A stretch of DNA of 64,000 nucleotides from Octopus sinensis (Eukaryota). The stretch is taken from the NCBI RefSeq assembly GCF_006345805.1, contig NC_043001.1, forward strand, positions 65,286,001-65,350,000, in the 5' to 3' direction. Positions 12,691 to 24,820 of this stretch are shown here, in pieces. Positions within the stretch are counted from its first letter, which is position 1, and the number at the start of each line of letters is the position of its first letter. The notes under the pieces are model-generated. The model worked only from the letters and a program-made list of their open reading frames with translations, was not told the origin of the DNA and ran no database searches. A program made the translations under genes and the position numbers.

Positions 12691-13286
12691 CATCGAGGTG
12701 AGGTGTATGCTGTTGCCGGTGGTGTCCACCCTGGGTCCATCTGCTGTGGTGGTCTTGTGAACTGTGGGTAGTCCCATCTGCGAGCTTGAGTTTGATGGAG
12801 CCAGGTTAGCTGCTGTACAATCTTTTGTGCCATGCACAAAAAAGATTCTTGCTCAGCAGCTGCCCTTTCAACAACACGTTGGCGGTTTGTGACACGCACC
12901 ACATCTGCGTACCTCCGTTTTGGAGCAGGTGGTGCGTGGTCCATCCCTTTTCCTTTCGGTGGTTGGTTTCTGCGGCAGGGTCCCGGATGTGCAAAACGGC
13001 AGCCTGCACCTTCCTCTCCATGCCGGCAGGCACCTCTCAGGTAGAACCTACATACCCGTGTGCGCTGCTTGTTTCCATCCTTTTTGGCATATGGATAGTT
13101 AGGTTTGCTTCTATCCTTGGCTGTTTCGTTTTTTGATTTTGCCTGAGTTTTAGTTTTAGTTTTTCCTCCTTTTTTGGTTCTTTCATCTCCATGTCCATGG
13201 CTTTTGGTGCCGGTAGGAGCACCCGCACTTGGGTTTATCTCCCGGGCAGGTTTCTCACTGGAGTTTTCTTCCTGGGCGTCTACCAT
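12681..13286 (-). CDS. LINE ORF1 (possibly 5'-truncated) with a CCCH-type zinc finger
   Basis: Open frame from ATG 13286 (MVDAQEEN...) containing CRFYLRGACRHGEEGAGCRFAH (C-x7-C-x8-C-x3-H) and basic Lys-rich segments. Confidence 0.7.
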   Translation of the reverse strand: MVDAQEENSSEKPAREINPSAGAPTGTKSHGHGDERTKKGGKTKTKTQAKSKNETAKDRSKPNYPYAKKDGNKQRTRVCRFYLRGACRHGEEGAGCRFAHPGPCRRNQPPKGKGMDHAPPAPKRRYADVVRVTNRQRVVERAAAEQESFLCMAQKIVQQLTWLHQTQARRWDYPQFTRPPQQMDPGWTPPATAYTSPRCSY

Positions 13287-13520
13287 ATGTATATGTAAAA
13301 AAACACAAACTGGGACGAGAACGCAAAACATTTAGAAGACGATACAAAAAACACGGACGGGACATTCGAAGCCTTCAATCTTCAGTCAAGAACCGGATCA
13401 TCCTCGCAATTTCGGCTGATTAATCTTGAGATTGCTCCAATCTGGCCAGCCCGTTGTCCCTTTTTGTTGTCCGGATGTTTTGCGTTCTTGTCCCATTTTG
13501 TATTTTGTTTTATATATATA
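13284..13520. mobile_element. ~235-bp element with ~40-bp imperfect inverted termini in TA context (family P4)
   Basis: ACAAACTGGGACGAGAACGCAAAACA versus TGTTTTGCGTTCTTGTCCCATTTTGT. The core (ATTCGAAGCCTTCAATCTTCAGTCA...TTTCGGCTG) is shared with 56255-56570. Confidence 0.55.
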
Positions 13521-13549
13521 TAGCGACGAACGTATACTTTGTTCCCCCC

Positions 13550-13584
<35 letters not shown>

Positions 13585-13585
13585 C

Positions 13586-13674
<89 letters not shown>

Positions 13675-15052
13675 CATCTACACACACACACACACATGTA
13701 TATCATAGATAGCCTTTGAGCTATGTAAATTATATTTCAGTTTATTTAACAATTCTTACATTATACTATGTTTGTATAAACCTACGCATCAACACACGTT
13801 ATGTTACGGAAGAGAAAGTAAAAATTAAGTCCCAATTTAAAATTCCATAGAAGGGAAATAATTCATATAATACATTGTCTTGTATTTGAAAAGAAGACAT
13901 TTAGGCAAGACGATTTGTCTCCCTTATAACTTGCCAGTTTTGTAGCAATCAGGATATTTATACATACGTACACACGAAAGAATTCGATGGGCAGAGTCGT
14001 TAGAGGTCAACATTGTGTCATTTGTTGTTGACAATCGTTCAAGACACTAGCGAGTGAACTGAATTTAATGTTATTAATTGCTGCAAGGAATTCCGCCGAA
14101 TGTTATATTAGTAAAGATATCTAAGGATTTATTTCAGCGATACTACCTGGGTCGATCATACCAATTAAAAGCAACGAAAACAGAGCAGTATTGCTTCTGT
14201 AGAATCTCTCTTATTTCTTCAGCATCATCGTGAAGGATTTTTTGTCCATCAATCATCTGGCCGTTGGATGAAACAGTAGCACTATGTTTTTAGTAGAGAA
14301 TAAAAGACTTTACGAGTGCGTTCAATGTTTTTTTTTCTCCAGTGGCTCAGTTTTTAACAGGCGGCCTTTGGTTATTATTGGAAGATCTCGTATTGTTCCG
14401 GTTTTACCGACTCTATTGTAGATATTGCCTTTGAAAAGTGGCCGTCGCTATGTTTTAGTCGACAGTTTTCTCACGTTTTCTTTTCTCTCTCACTTGGCGA
14501 CCGCATCTAGCTTCGTTCAAAGATCTCTTTGGGATGCAATTCGGATATATGCTGTTAACTGTTCTTAAATAGCTTCCAAAACTTTTTCATGCCAGTGGAA
14601 GTGAATATGAGAGACTACTGTACAGATGCTAGATCATACTCAGTTGTCTTCCAGTGTGATTCCACAGATACATATTGCCAAATAGGTGCACTGGGGTATG
14701 CTAATTTGGTTTATACAGAGTTGAAAATCGAAGCTACAGGGTTCTTTGTCACGGTGTGGGGGAAGGAGTTTTCAACTGTATGTATGTATGTATGCATGCA
14801 TACATACATACGTATGTATGCATGCATACATACATACGTATATACACACAAACATGAGATATATGTTTGTGTATATACGTATGTATGCATGCATACATAC
14901 ATACGTATATACACACAAACATGAGATATATGTTTGTGTATATATATAAAACACATACACACACACAGACAAACATGCACACAATAATACATACACACAC
15001 ACAAACTCATATATATATATGTACATGTATGTATGTATGTATATATATATAT

Positions 15053-15860
15053 ACTAAGCAATAAGGGTTTAGCAACGAATTGCCTCACCACATACCGAAT
15101 TTACTAAATTCGGTATGTGGTGAGGCAACTCGTTGCTAAACCCTTATTGCTTAGTATTACTTAAATTTTCCTCGAATGAGGCTTTTACATGCCGAAGACT
15201 ACTTGGTGTAATTGATAATTTTTCCAAATTAATTAATTTCACCCTTCATTATTACGGATAACCATATTTTATCTCAGTAGATGACCACAGCATCTTGTTT
15301 TGGCTACACGCGGGTGGGAAGGGGCTGTTGACACAATCGTTTCATTCACAAATTGAATTCGGTGATACCAGTTGCGGATTCTAGCTCGCTCTGATACTGA
15401 GTGGAGTTGGTGCCTTCTGGTATCTCAAAATTCAATATATAATCATTTATGATTATAGTATTCTACGCTGAAGAGAAAAGAAGTTTCGGTAAGATAGAAT
15501 TATTTATTATTTAATATTTAATATTTAGTTCTTATGCTTTCCTTAAGACTTGATTTCGAAACGTACGTCCGTGGATAACTAAAAAAATGTATGATAGATT
15601 GCAGTCAATTCATTCTCTCTTACCTGTTTGTGTCTGCCTTCCAAATTCTGTTTTTACTGAGATCTCCCTTTTTAGTAGAAGAAATAGCTATAACCCTTTG
15701 ACTGCTATTTCTAAATTCGGTATGTGGTGAGGCAACTCGTTGCTAAACCCTTATTGCTTAGTATTACTTAAATTTTCCTCGAATGAGGCTTTTACATGCC
15801 GAAGACTACTTGGTGTAATTGATAATTTTTCCAAATTAATTAATTTCACCCTTCATTATT

Positions 15861-15865
<5 letters not shown>
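15053..15865 (+). mobile_element. HHR-bearing tandem unit P2 (~1.25 monomers of ~600 bp) with a 5' fold-back (15053-15160)
   Basis: GCTTAGTA recurs at 15149 and 15756 (period 607). Flanked by TA-rich microsatellites. Homologous to 48829-49406 and 51221-51853. Confidence 0.8.
15462..15575 (+). ncRNA. Type-I hammerhead ribozyme motif (P2), intact core
   Basis: Stem I TCTACG/CGTGGA (6 bp), CTGAAGA (15468-74), stem II GAAAAGAAGT/ACTTGATTTC closing on a G-C pair, GAAA (15558-61), palindromic ACGTACGT, and a GTC site (15567-69). Confidence 0.8.
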
Positions 15866-15916
<51 letters not shown>

Positions 15917-15919
15917 TGC

Positions 15920-17715
15920 ACTAATTTATATATACCGTACAAATTTAAAGAAGAATCCCCTGAATTAGAACGTGGATTATCACGGGACGATGCTCTATTC
16001 TTAGTTAGGAACACTTCTAATAGAAAACTAGAACTCTACAAAAAAAAAAAAAAAGACTACATACTTGTTTTTGAAAACCAAGAACTATCTATTGCCATTG
16101 AAAACTATAACAACTATGTTATCTCCCTAGACATCAACTTCAACCTTAATACTTCTACCCACTAACCTTACTATAAACCTAACACCAACATTACATACAT
16201 AAATGTGCAAAGCAATCACCCATATAACATTATAGAAAACCTGACCACTAACATAGAGAGAAGAATAAATGTACTTTCATCTAACGAGGAAATATTTAAC
16301 AAACATAAGGACTATTATAACATGGCACTTAAGAAGGCGGAATACAAATATGAAATTAAGTATAATAAAAACGACAACAATAGTACTAATCATATCAAAC
16401 ATAATCATGATTTGCGTTGGACAAAACACATCGCTAAAATTGTCAAGAAGGCTGAGGGTATCTTGGCATCACTCACCAAATCCTTTGTGAGCCGCTCTCC
16501 GGCTATCTATCTGCGGCTTTATATAGCTATGGTAAGACCACACCTGGAATTTGCATCACCGGTCTGGAACCCCTATCTTGCCCAGGATATCAATCGTCTG
16601 GAAGCTGTTCAGCGACGTGCAACCAAAAGAATACCCTCCATCAGGCATTTGCCATATCCTGAACGCCTTACTTCCCTGGGCATGGACACATTGAAACTCC
16701 GACGTCTGGCAGCTGACTTGGCAGACACCCATAAAATTATCAACCATCGTACAAACAATAACTCTGAGCACCTTTTCAAACTCCACCCATCTAACACCCG
16801 TGGACATATTTACAAAGTAAGAAAACAGCACAGCTCCCATGACTTCAGGAAACATTTTTTCCCGCTGAGAGTTGCTGAAGCATGGAACAAACTTCCGGCA
16901 TCAGTTGTTAGTTGTCGGAGCACTGCATCCTTCAAAACTTCCATGCTTCCTGAGATTCGCCAACACTACACTTGATTTTCTCCCCTCCATACACACACAA
17001 GCATGTATCTGACTCATACATTGTTCGCTTTCCAGACATTTCTACATTACTGCATGTACTTTATATGCACTTTCTGACAAGTTGTGGTGCACCTGAGCAC
17101 TGTATACAATAATTTCATTATATATTATGAAACAAACATAGATAATATTAGTGAATCCAAGTCATCTGATGAATTAGTACACCCTAATAAACATACAAAT
17201 GAAAACTCTCAATAAGAGTCATAAACATAACATCAACAAAAAACACGATAATTATCACTACAATAACCATACTGAAAAATACAACCAATACGAGCACCAC
17301 AACTGAAATTTAACTAAGGAAAAAAAAAAAAATTTTTAGTAATTACCACCTTCCTAACCGAACTAATATAAATAAACCTAGGAATATCGACAACAAACAC
17401 CACAACTGTATAATTAAAGATAAAAATAGGAACATTAAGCCAATAAACAGAAAAAACATCTAAACACGCCAAATAATTTCAACAACATGCATAGCCATAG
17501 TGCTCAAATTAATAAGGATGAGAATAAAATAGCAAAAAAGAAACCAATACCTTGTATGAGAATAGCTGACCCTCTAAACACAGCTCAAACTTTTAATAAA
17601 GCAAACAACAATAATACTACTTGGATTATAATCCCTTTTGCCAGACATTTAAAATTTAACTTTATTAGATTCGTTAGAATGATAATTAATAAAATTTTCA
17701 AAAACTCTAAATATA
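15920..17715 (+). pseudogene. Penelope-like element RT/thumb region (5'-truncated), interrupted by a CR1 fragment
   Basis: GLSRDDALFLV (motif C, cf. GLYRDD), SLDINFNL, YINVQSNHP, ISNEEIFN-like segment, ALKKAEY. After the CR1 insert: WIIIPFARHLKFNF...FKNSKY, the PLE linker. Confidence 0.8.
16404..17132 (+). mobile_element. 5'-truncated CR1-type LINE 3' fragment
   Basis: VRPHLEFASPVWNPY, EAVQRRATKRIP, TRGHIYKV and RVAEAWNKLP. CAAACATA flanks both sides (16396-16403 and 17133-17140) as a probable TSD. Confidence 0.88.
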
Positions 17716-17877
17716 GACGCAGGAATGGCTGTGTGGTAAGTAGCTTGCTTACCATCCACATAGTTCTGAGTTCAGTTCCACAGCGTGACGCCTTGGATGA
17801 ACGTCTTCTACTATAACCTCGGACCGACCAAAGCCTTGTGAGTGGATTTGGTAGACAGAAACTGAAAGAAGCCCGTC

Positions 17878-17880
<3 letters not shown>
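17716..17880 (+). mobile_element. SINE family B, 5' half (tRNA-like head)
   Basis: GACGCAGGAATGGCTGTGTGGTAAG...GAGTTCAGTTCC...CCTTGG...GTGAGTGGATTTGGTAGACAGAAACTGAAAGAAGCCCGTCG, then (TA)n. Confidence 0.75.
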
Positions 17881-17915
<35 letters not shown>

Positions 17916-17954
17916 TATATATTATATATATATATATATATTATATATATATAT

Positions 17955-18290
<336 letters not shown>

Positions 18291-19149
18291 AGAGGAGGTA
18301 TGTGTGTGTAAGTGTGGATATGTGCGTGCGCGAAGGTCTGCGTGTGCGTGTGTGTGTATGTGTGTATGTGTGCAATGATAACACGTGTGTGTGTGTGCGT
18401 GTGTGTGTATGTGGTTGTAGCTGTAAATCTATGTGTGTTGTAGGGCTTAGTATTGTTTATGGTCAAGGAAGAAGGAATTAGGAGTAGCTCTTGTGTCTAC
18501 CCATGGTCAGTGAGAGTACTGCTAGATTGAATTATGTGTGTGTGTGCGTGTATGTATATGTATTGTGTGTGTTTTGTTTGTAGTGTGTGTGTGTGTATGT
18601 GTGTGTGTGTGTGTTCGTGTGTGTATGCGTAGAGTTTGTGTGTGGCGAATAACTATGCTTTACTGTGTAACAGTATCTGGAATCGGTATCACTGAAGGGG
18701 TGTCGATCCGATCCCGTCACATACAATTTAGTTAGATATAACAGACGAAGTCAGGTTATCGGTGAAAGACAGCAGTTTGTTTATTAATCGTGATGGTGTA
18801 CGTATCTCTGAAGGGAAACGACAGCCGAATCTGTTGTACAGCTTCTTGTTCGTTGGTTGAAGTGGTTCGATGTCGTTCGCTGCTGAGTCGTTGTAGTTAT
18901 CAGAGACTACCAAATGCACGTCTGTTCACGATGGCTGAAACGGCCAGAGAGGATGAATGAGTGAGTGTGCCCTAGGGGGTCAGTTTCCCGCACATGCGCA
19001 TGGAGAAGACTTCCTGTGGCCACCCGGAAGTAGTCCCATTCTGCGCATGCGCGCTGAACCTTACACAGTAGCATCACTACATGGCTCCCCCTCGAGTGCG
19101 GAAGTACGAAAACAAGAAAATTTGTAGTGGTGCTGCAGAAAAACAGATG

Positions 19150-19590
19150 GCTTGCCGATCCCCCAGAAGATTCGGTACATAATATCATACAAAAAACAAG
19201 AAATTTGAAAGAAAGTTAAATATAGATTGTCCTTGAAAGTTTCTTGGGCCAATGCACTGTTCTGCCCGATCTTGTAATATACGGTGTATTCCCCGTTGAC
19301 GGCGAGGGTGGTGTTGTAGGAGCCGGTGAAGGCAAAGGTGTCTGTGCAGGTGAAGGTGTTTGTGCAGGTGAAAGTGTTGTTAAAGGTGCATAGGTGGGTG
19401 TGGCAAGGTTGTCATCAAAAGATGAAGACGTCTCAAAGTATGCTTTCTTTAATCGGTCTACGGAAACGGTCTCCGAATGACCATTTATTTCAATAGTGAA
19501 AACCTTTGGTGTGCGAGAAAGCACACGGAAAGGTCCTTTATAGGGAGAAACAAGTGGCCCCTTGACAGAGTTGTCCCGAACAAAAACATG
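19150..19590 (-). pseudogene. Inverted integrase C-terminal segment of the Gypsy element
   Basis: Minus strand reads HVFVRDNSVKGPLVSPYKGPFRVLSRTPKVFTIEINGHSETVSVDRLKKAY...TRSGRTVHWP, which is exactly the part missing from the + strand pol. Confidence 0.85.
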
Positions 19591-20273
19591 GCTGCATCAG
19601 GTTTGCCTTCCTTCACAGGGGATGTGGGTCTGTGGTTTGCCCAGGTGGAGTGGCATTTTGACGCACATGCCGTTCCTCCACAGCAGCAGTTGCATCTGCT
19701 ATATTCAAGTTTACATCCCCGACTCGCCGCATCGATCAGGGATCTCATAATAAGTCCCCACCCGGACGCCACATACGCGTCCGTGAAAGCCGAAATCCGC
19801 CGCCGCAACACGCGGTCGGAGGAGAGTAATTTTAAGGAGGTGATGGCCGAGGAACTGTTGGGATACAGGACTCCATCCGAGTTCTTGCGCCACCTACGGG
19901 AGCTGAACGGGAACGCAGCGGACGCGCCGCTCTTACGGAGGATTTTCTTTTCCAGGTTGCCTGCCCACGTGCAGACAATGTTGGCCACGGTACTGGAGTC
20001 TGTGTCAGTAGACCAGATTGCCACGATGGCCGATAAAATATTGGAATTTCCGAATCCATCTCCATCGCGAGGCCTGTGCGCATGTATAGAGCCCCTCCGA
20101 CAGTTTCTCCGACGCAAAATTCATTAGCCGAGCTGCTCGATGCGCTCACGCGGCGAATCGATGATCTGTGCCGTGAAATCGGGCGCCGACCACGCAGTCG
20201 TAGTCGCAGTGGCTCTGCCGAAAAGGCAGAACGGTGTACCCAGCCGCGCACTTTCCAGCCCTCGGAAAACTAA
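19588..20273 (+). pseudogene. Gypsy gag (frameshift near 20090)
   Basis: LPSFTGDVGLWFAQVE, RTPSEFLRHLREL, IFFSRLP, ATMADKILE and an RPRSRSRS tract. Confidence 0.8.
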
Positions 20274-23105
20274 ATCCGGAGGAGGTGAGCACGTCACCTT
20301 CTTCCTTCTCGTTTCCCAAAAATCGTGCATTCTTTGTAAAAGATCTGGTGTCGAAGAAATTCTTCATGGTGGACACCGGCTCTTGTTGCAGCATCTGGCC
20401 CCTTCGTCTGGCTGCAGACAAGCCCAAGCGCTCTTCAATTGTCTTGCATGCCATTGACTCGTCTCCCATAACCACCTTCGGTCAGATTTCGCTGCGCCTC
20501 GACATCAACCTTCGTCGAGATTTTCAATGGGTTTTCGTCATCGCTGACATCCCGCATCCTATTCTCGGCGCTGATTTCTTGGATAGGTTTAATCTATTGG
20601 TGGATGTCAGGCGTCGGAGGCTTCTTGATAGCACGACGTCTGTCTCTACGCCGACTGGGAGTTCCACCAATGCGGTCCTTAGCCTGACATACTTTGTTGC
20701 CACCTCTGGAGACGCTTTTCACTCTCTTTTGGCTTCATTTCCGGAGCTAGTGGACATTGCCTTTCAACCGGAAAAGCCTACCGACTCGACACTCCATTTT
20801 ATCACCACCACTGAGCCGCCTGTATTTTCGCGCCCACGGCGCCTTGCGCCTGACCGACTAAAAACGGCCAGGGCCGAGTTTGAGCACATGCTTCAACTTG
20901 GCCTTATACGCCCCTCCACCAGCCCATGGGCGTCTCCCCTTCATTTGGCGCAAAAGGGCGAGTCTGATTTTCGCCGGGTTGGAGACTATCGACGCCTCAA
21001 TGCCGTGACAATAGCCGACAGATATCCAAACAGAAATCTACAGGACTTTACGGCAAATCTCCATGGTTGTACCATTTTTTCGAAGGTCGACCTTATACGC
21101 GCGTACCATCAAATACCGGTCAACCCAGCCGACGTTCCGAAAACTGCGATCACTACCCCTTTTGGGTGTTTTGAGTTTTTGTATATGAGTTTCGGTTTGC
21201 GGAATGCTACTAGCACTTTCCAGCGTTTCATTGATGAGGTTGTCCGCGGTCTTGATTTTGTGTTTGCCTATGTCGATGATATACTCATTGCGAGCGACAC
21301 ACGTGAAAATCATCTCCAGCACCTTTCTCAGCTTTTTCAGCGTCTTCGTGCTTATAGTATACGTATAAATCCCGACAAGTGTGTTTTCGGACGCTCTTCC
21401 CTAGATTTTCTAGGCCATCATATTGATTCGAGTGGAATCAGCCCTCTGTCGTCAAAGGTCGATGCCATTCAACGCATCGCACCCCCCACTTCCTTGCGCC
21501 AGCTCAGGCATTATCTAGGGATGATCAATTTCCTCAGACGTTTTATTCCCGGTTGTGCAGATAAGCTACTACCTCTCACCAGGCTATTAAAGGACACTCC
21601 TAGAAAGGACGGTCAAGTCACCCTCTCTGTTGAGGCAGTGACAGCCTTTGAGTCCATTAAGAAGGAGCTGGCTCCTGTTTCTTTGCTTGCACATCCGGTT
21701 CCTGGTGCTTCTCTCTCTTTGACTGTAGACGCATCGGACACTGCGATTGGCGCTGTGTTACAACACACAGTGGATGATCATATTCGACCTCTGGCTTTCT
21801 TTTCCCGCCAACTGCAACCAGCTGAACGACGATACAGCACCTTTGATCGTGAGCTCCAAGCGATCTATCTATCGGTTCGTCATTTCCAGCATCAACTTGA
21901 AGGGCGAGATTTTGTGATCTATACGGATCACAAGCCCCTTACGTTTGCCCTGTGTTCAAAAACGGACAAACTCCCACCTCGTGCTTTCCGGCACCTGGAT
22001 TTTATCTTTCATTTCACTAGTAACATTCGACACATACCTGGAAAAGAGAACGTTCCTGCTGACGCTCTCTCTCGCCTTCCAGTCTGCGCCCTTTCGTCTC
22101 CTGCTGCTATCGACTTAACTGCCATCTCGCAGGAGCAGCCGCCTTTGGCGTCGTTAGACTTAACTTCTCCCAAGTTCTCCTGTTGCCAGTTTTCCTACCT
22201 TCCGCTTCCGTCAGCCGAAGGCACAATTCTTTGTGATACTTCCACTGGTTCTCCCAGGCCACTCGTGCCTGAGAATCATCAACGCTCAGTGTTTGAAGCA
22301 CTGCACTCCTTATCACATCCTGGCATCGCTGCCACCCTTAAACTAATCACTGCTCGGTTTTTCTGGCCGAATATGCGTCGCACTATTACTTCTTGGACAC
22401 GCACCTGCTCCAAGTGTCAACGGTCCAAGATTCAACGGCACGTTCGTGCCCCGCTTGAACATTTTCCCCCTACGGAGGCCCGTTTTCGCCATATCCACAT
22501 CGATCTGGTTGGACCATGGCCTGTGAGTCGCGGGTTTTCTTATCTGTTAACTTGTGTCGATCACTTCTCCCGCAGGCCAGAAGCCATTCCGATAGCAGAC
22601 ATTTCTGCTGAGACTGTTGCGCGAGCTTTCGTTTCAAACTGGATTTCCCGTTTCGGAGTCCCGTCCCGATTGACTACTGATCGTGGACGTCAGTTTGAAG
22701 CTTCGCTATTTCGCGAATTGTTGCGCATTTTAGGTGTGCATCATATCCACACTACCAGCTATCACCCAGCGTCTAATGGATTAGTTGAACGGTTCCATAG
22801 ACAGCTCAAGGCCGCTCTTCGTGCCTCTTCAAACCGACAGTCCTGGATTGAATTTCTGCCAATTGTGCTTCTCGGTTGTCGGACTGCTGTCAAGGCAGAC
22901 CTGGGGTTTTCTTCTGCAGAGCTGCTGTATGGTACCACACTGGCATTGCCTGGTACGATGTTGGTGCCAGACACTTCCCAGCCCCATGATCCGGCGACCT
23001 ATGTCGCCAGACTGCGTGCATATTTCTCGAATCTTCCACCCATGGTTTCCAGGAAGCAATCTCCACCATCCCATCTCCCACCGGATATGGACACTTGGTC
23101 GCATC
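20234..23105 (+). CDS. Gypsy pol (protease-RT-RNaseH-integrase), open frame but lacking the IN C-terminus
   Basis: VDTGS (protease), YVDDIL (RT), VDASD (RNase H), HSLSH..C..C zinc finger, HIDLVGP / TDRGRQF / NGLVER (D,D35E). The frame runs into non-coding 3' sequence after ...DMDTWSH. Confidence 0.95.
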
Positions 23106-23774
23106 TGTTTTTCTGCAGCATCACTACAAAATTTCTTGTTTTCGTACTTCCGCACTCGAGGGGGAGCCATGTAGTGATGCTACTGTGTAAGGTTCAGCGC
23201 GCATGCGCAGAATGGGACTACTTCCGGGTGGCCACAGGAAGTCTTCCCCATGCGCATGTGCGGGAAACTGACCCCCTAAGGCACACTCACTTATTCATTC
23301 TCTCTGGGCGTTTCAGCCATCGTGAACAGACGTGCATTTGGTAGTCTCTGATAACCACACCGACTTAGCCGCGGACGACATCGAACCACTTCAACCAACG
23401 AACAAGAAGCTGTACAACAGATTCGGCTGTCGTTTTCCCTTCAGAGATACGTACACCATCACGATTAATAAACAAACTGCTGTCTTTCACCGATAACCTG
23501 ACTTCGTCTGTTATATCTAACTAAATTGTATGTGACGGGATCGGATCGACACCCTTTCAGTGATACCGATACCAGATCCTGTTACAATTGGTGGTGTGTG
23601 CGTATGTGTGTACACATGTATGTATAATTGTGTGTGTTTATCTATAATTGTGTGCTGTGTGTATGGGATGTATGTGTGGGTTCATTTGTGTGTGTGTGTG
23701 TATGTATGTGCGTGCGTGTCGTATGTGCGTGTAGTTGTGTGTGTGTAAGCGTATGTGGGTGTATATACGTGTAT

Positions 23775-24009
23775 CCTATTTCTTTACTACCCACAAGGGG
23801 CTACACAAAGAGAGGACAAACAAGGACGGACAAACGGATTAAGTCGATCATATCGACCCCAGTGCATAACTGGTACTTATTTAATCGACCCCGAAAGGAT
23901 GAAAGGCAAAGTCGACCTCATCGGAATTTGAACTCAGAACGTAGCGACAGATGAAATACTGATGAGCATTTCGCCCGACGTGCTAACGATTCTGCCAGCT
24001 CGCCGCCTT
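23775..24009 (-). mobile_element. SINE family A, full length (tail type 2)
   Basis: Reverse complement of the SINE A consensus, with a ...CCCCTTGTGGGTAGTAAAGAAATAGG tail. Confidence 0.85.
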
Positions 24010-24820
24010 AATACGTGTATATATGTGTATCCGTGGGGTTGTGAGTGTTGGGTGTGTGCATTCGTGTGCGTGCGATGTGTACGCATGTTTTTGTGTGCGT
24101 GTGTGTGTGTGTCTGTGTCTATATGTGTATACGTATGTGTATGCGTGTGTGCGCGTGTAGGCATGTATTGTGTGTATGTATATGTATAGGTGTGTATGTG
24201 AATTTGTGTATGCGTGTGTGTGTGTGTGTTTTCGGAGTTGTGTAGGCGTAATGTGCGTGCGTGTGCTTACATGCGTGTATGTGCGTGTGTATCTGTACCC
24301 ATGTGTGTATAATTGTGTGCGTATCTGTATGAGTATTGTGGGCATCTGTGCTTGTGTGTGTGTGTATATACGTGTGTATATGTGAGTGTGCGTATGTATG
24401 TGTGTGTATGTGTATGTGCGTGTGTGTATGTGCGTGCGTGTGTATATGTGTGTGTGAGAACGTGGAGACGTGTGTCAGGTTGTGTGCGTGTGTGTGAACG
24501 TGGGGATGTGTGTCAGGTTGTGTTCATTTTATTGTGTGTACGCGCGTGTGCTTGAGTACGTGCGTGTATGTGGTGTGTCTAAAGGTATGTGTGTCTGTGT
24601 GTGCGTGGGATAGGTTTCTGTGCATTCCTGTGTGTGTGTGTACGTTTGTGCACGTGTGTGTGTGTACGCGCATATGTGTGTGTGCGCGTGGGTGTATGTG
24701 GGTGTGTGTATATGTGTGTGGAAGTATGTGTGCGTATATGTGCATGTATGTATGTGGTGTGTGGGAGGTATGTGTGTGTTCGTGGGTACGTGAATATGTG
24801 TGTTTATGTGTTCGTGTATA
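24010..24820. repeat. Compound (GT/GTAT/GCGT)n microsatellite field
   Basis: Direct reading of the sequence. Confidence 0.9.

Larger units (their letters stand above)
9697..13286 (-). mobile_element. APE-RT LINE, CR1/L2 group, near full length, disrupted
   Basis: ORF1 with a CCCH finger and ORF2 with APE and RT domains. 3' tail GGCGGTGCCCCAGCATGGCCACAGCTCATTAGCTGAAAC followed by (AAAATC)4. Confidence 0.9.
18666..23586. mobile_element. Rearranged Ty3/Gypsy LTR retrotransposon with two inverted 3'-type LTRs
   Basis: LTR(-) 18666-19081 and LTR(+) 23170-23586 (TGTAG...TTACA, ~417 bp), each preceded internally by the PPT GAGGGGGAGCCA. gag-pol lies on the + strand between them. No 5' LTR or PBS. 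Confidence 0.9.

Noticed and set aside
13361-13390. CTGAAGA...GAAT-GTC in P4 (minus strand) as a hammerhead
   Set aside because: No viable stem II loop, GAAU instead of GAAA, and no stem I.
17166-17172. CTGATGA inside the Penelope region
   Set aside because: An isolated heptamer with no downstream stem II/GAAA/UH.
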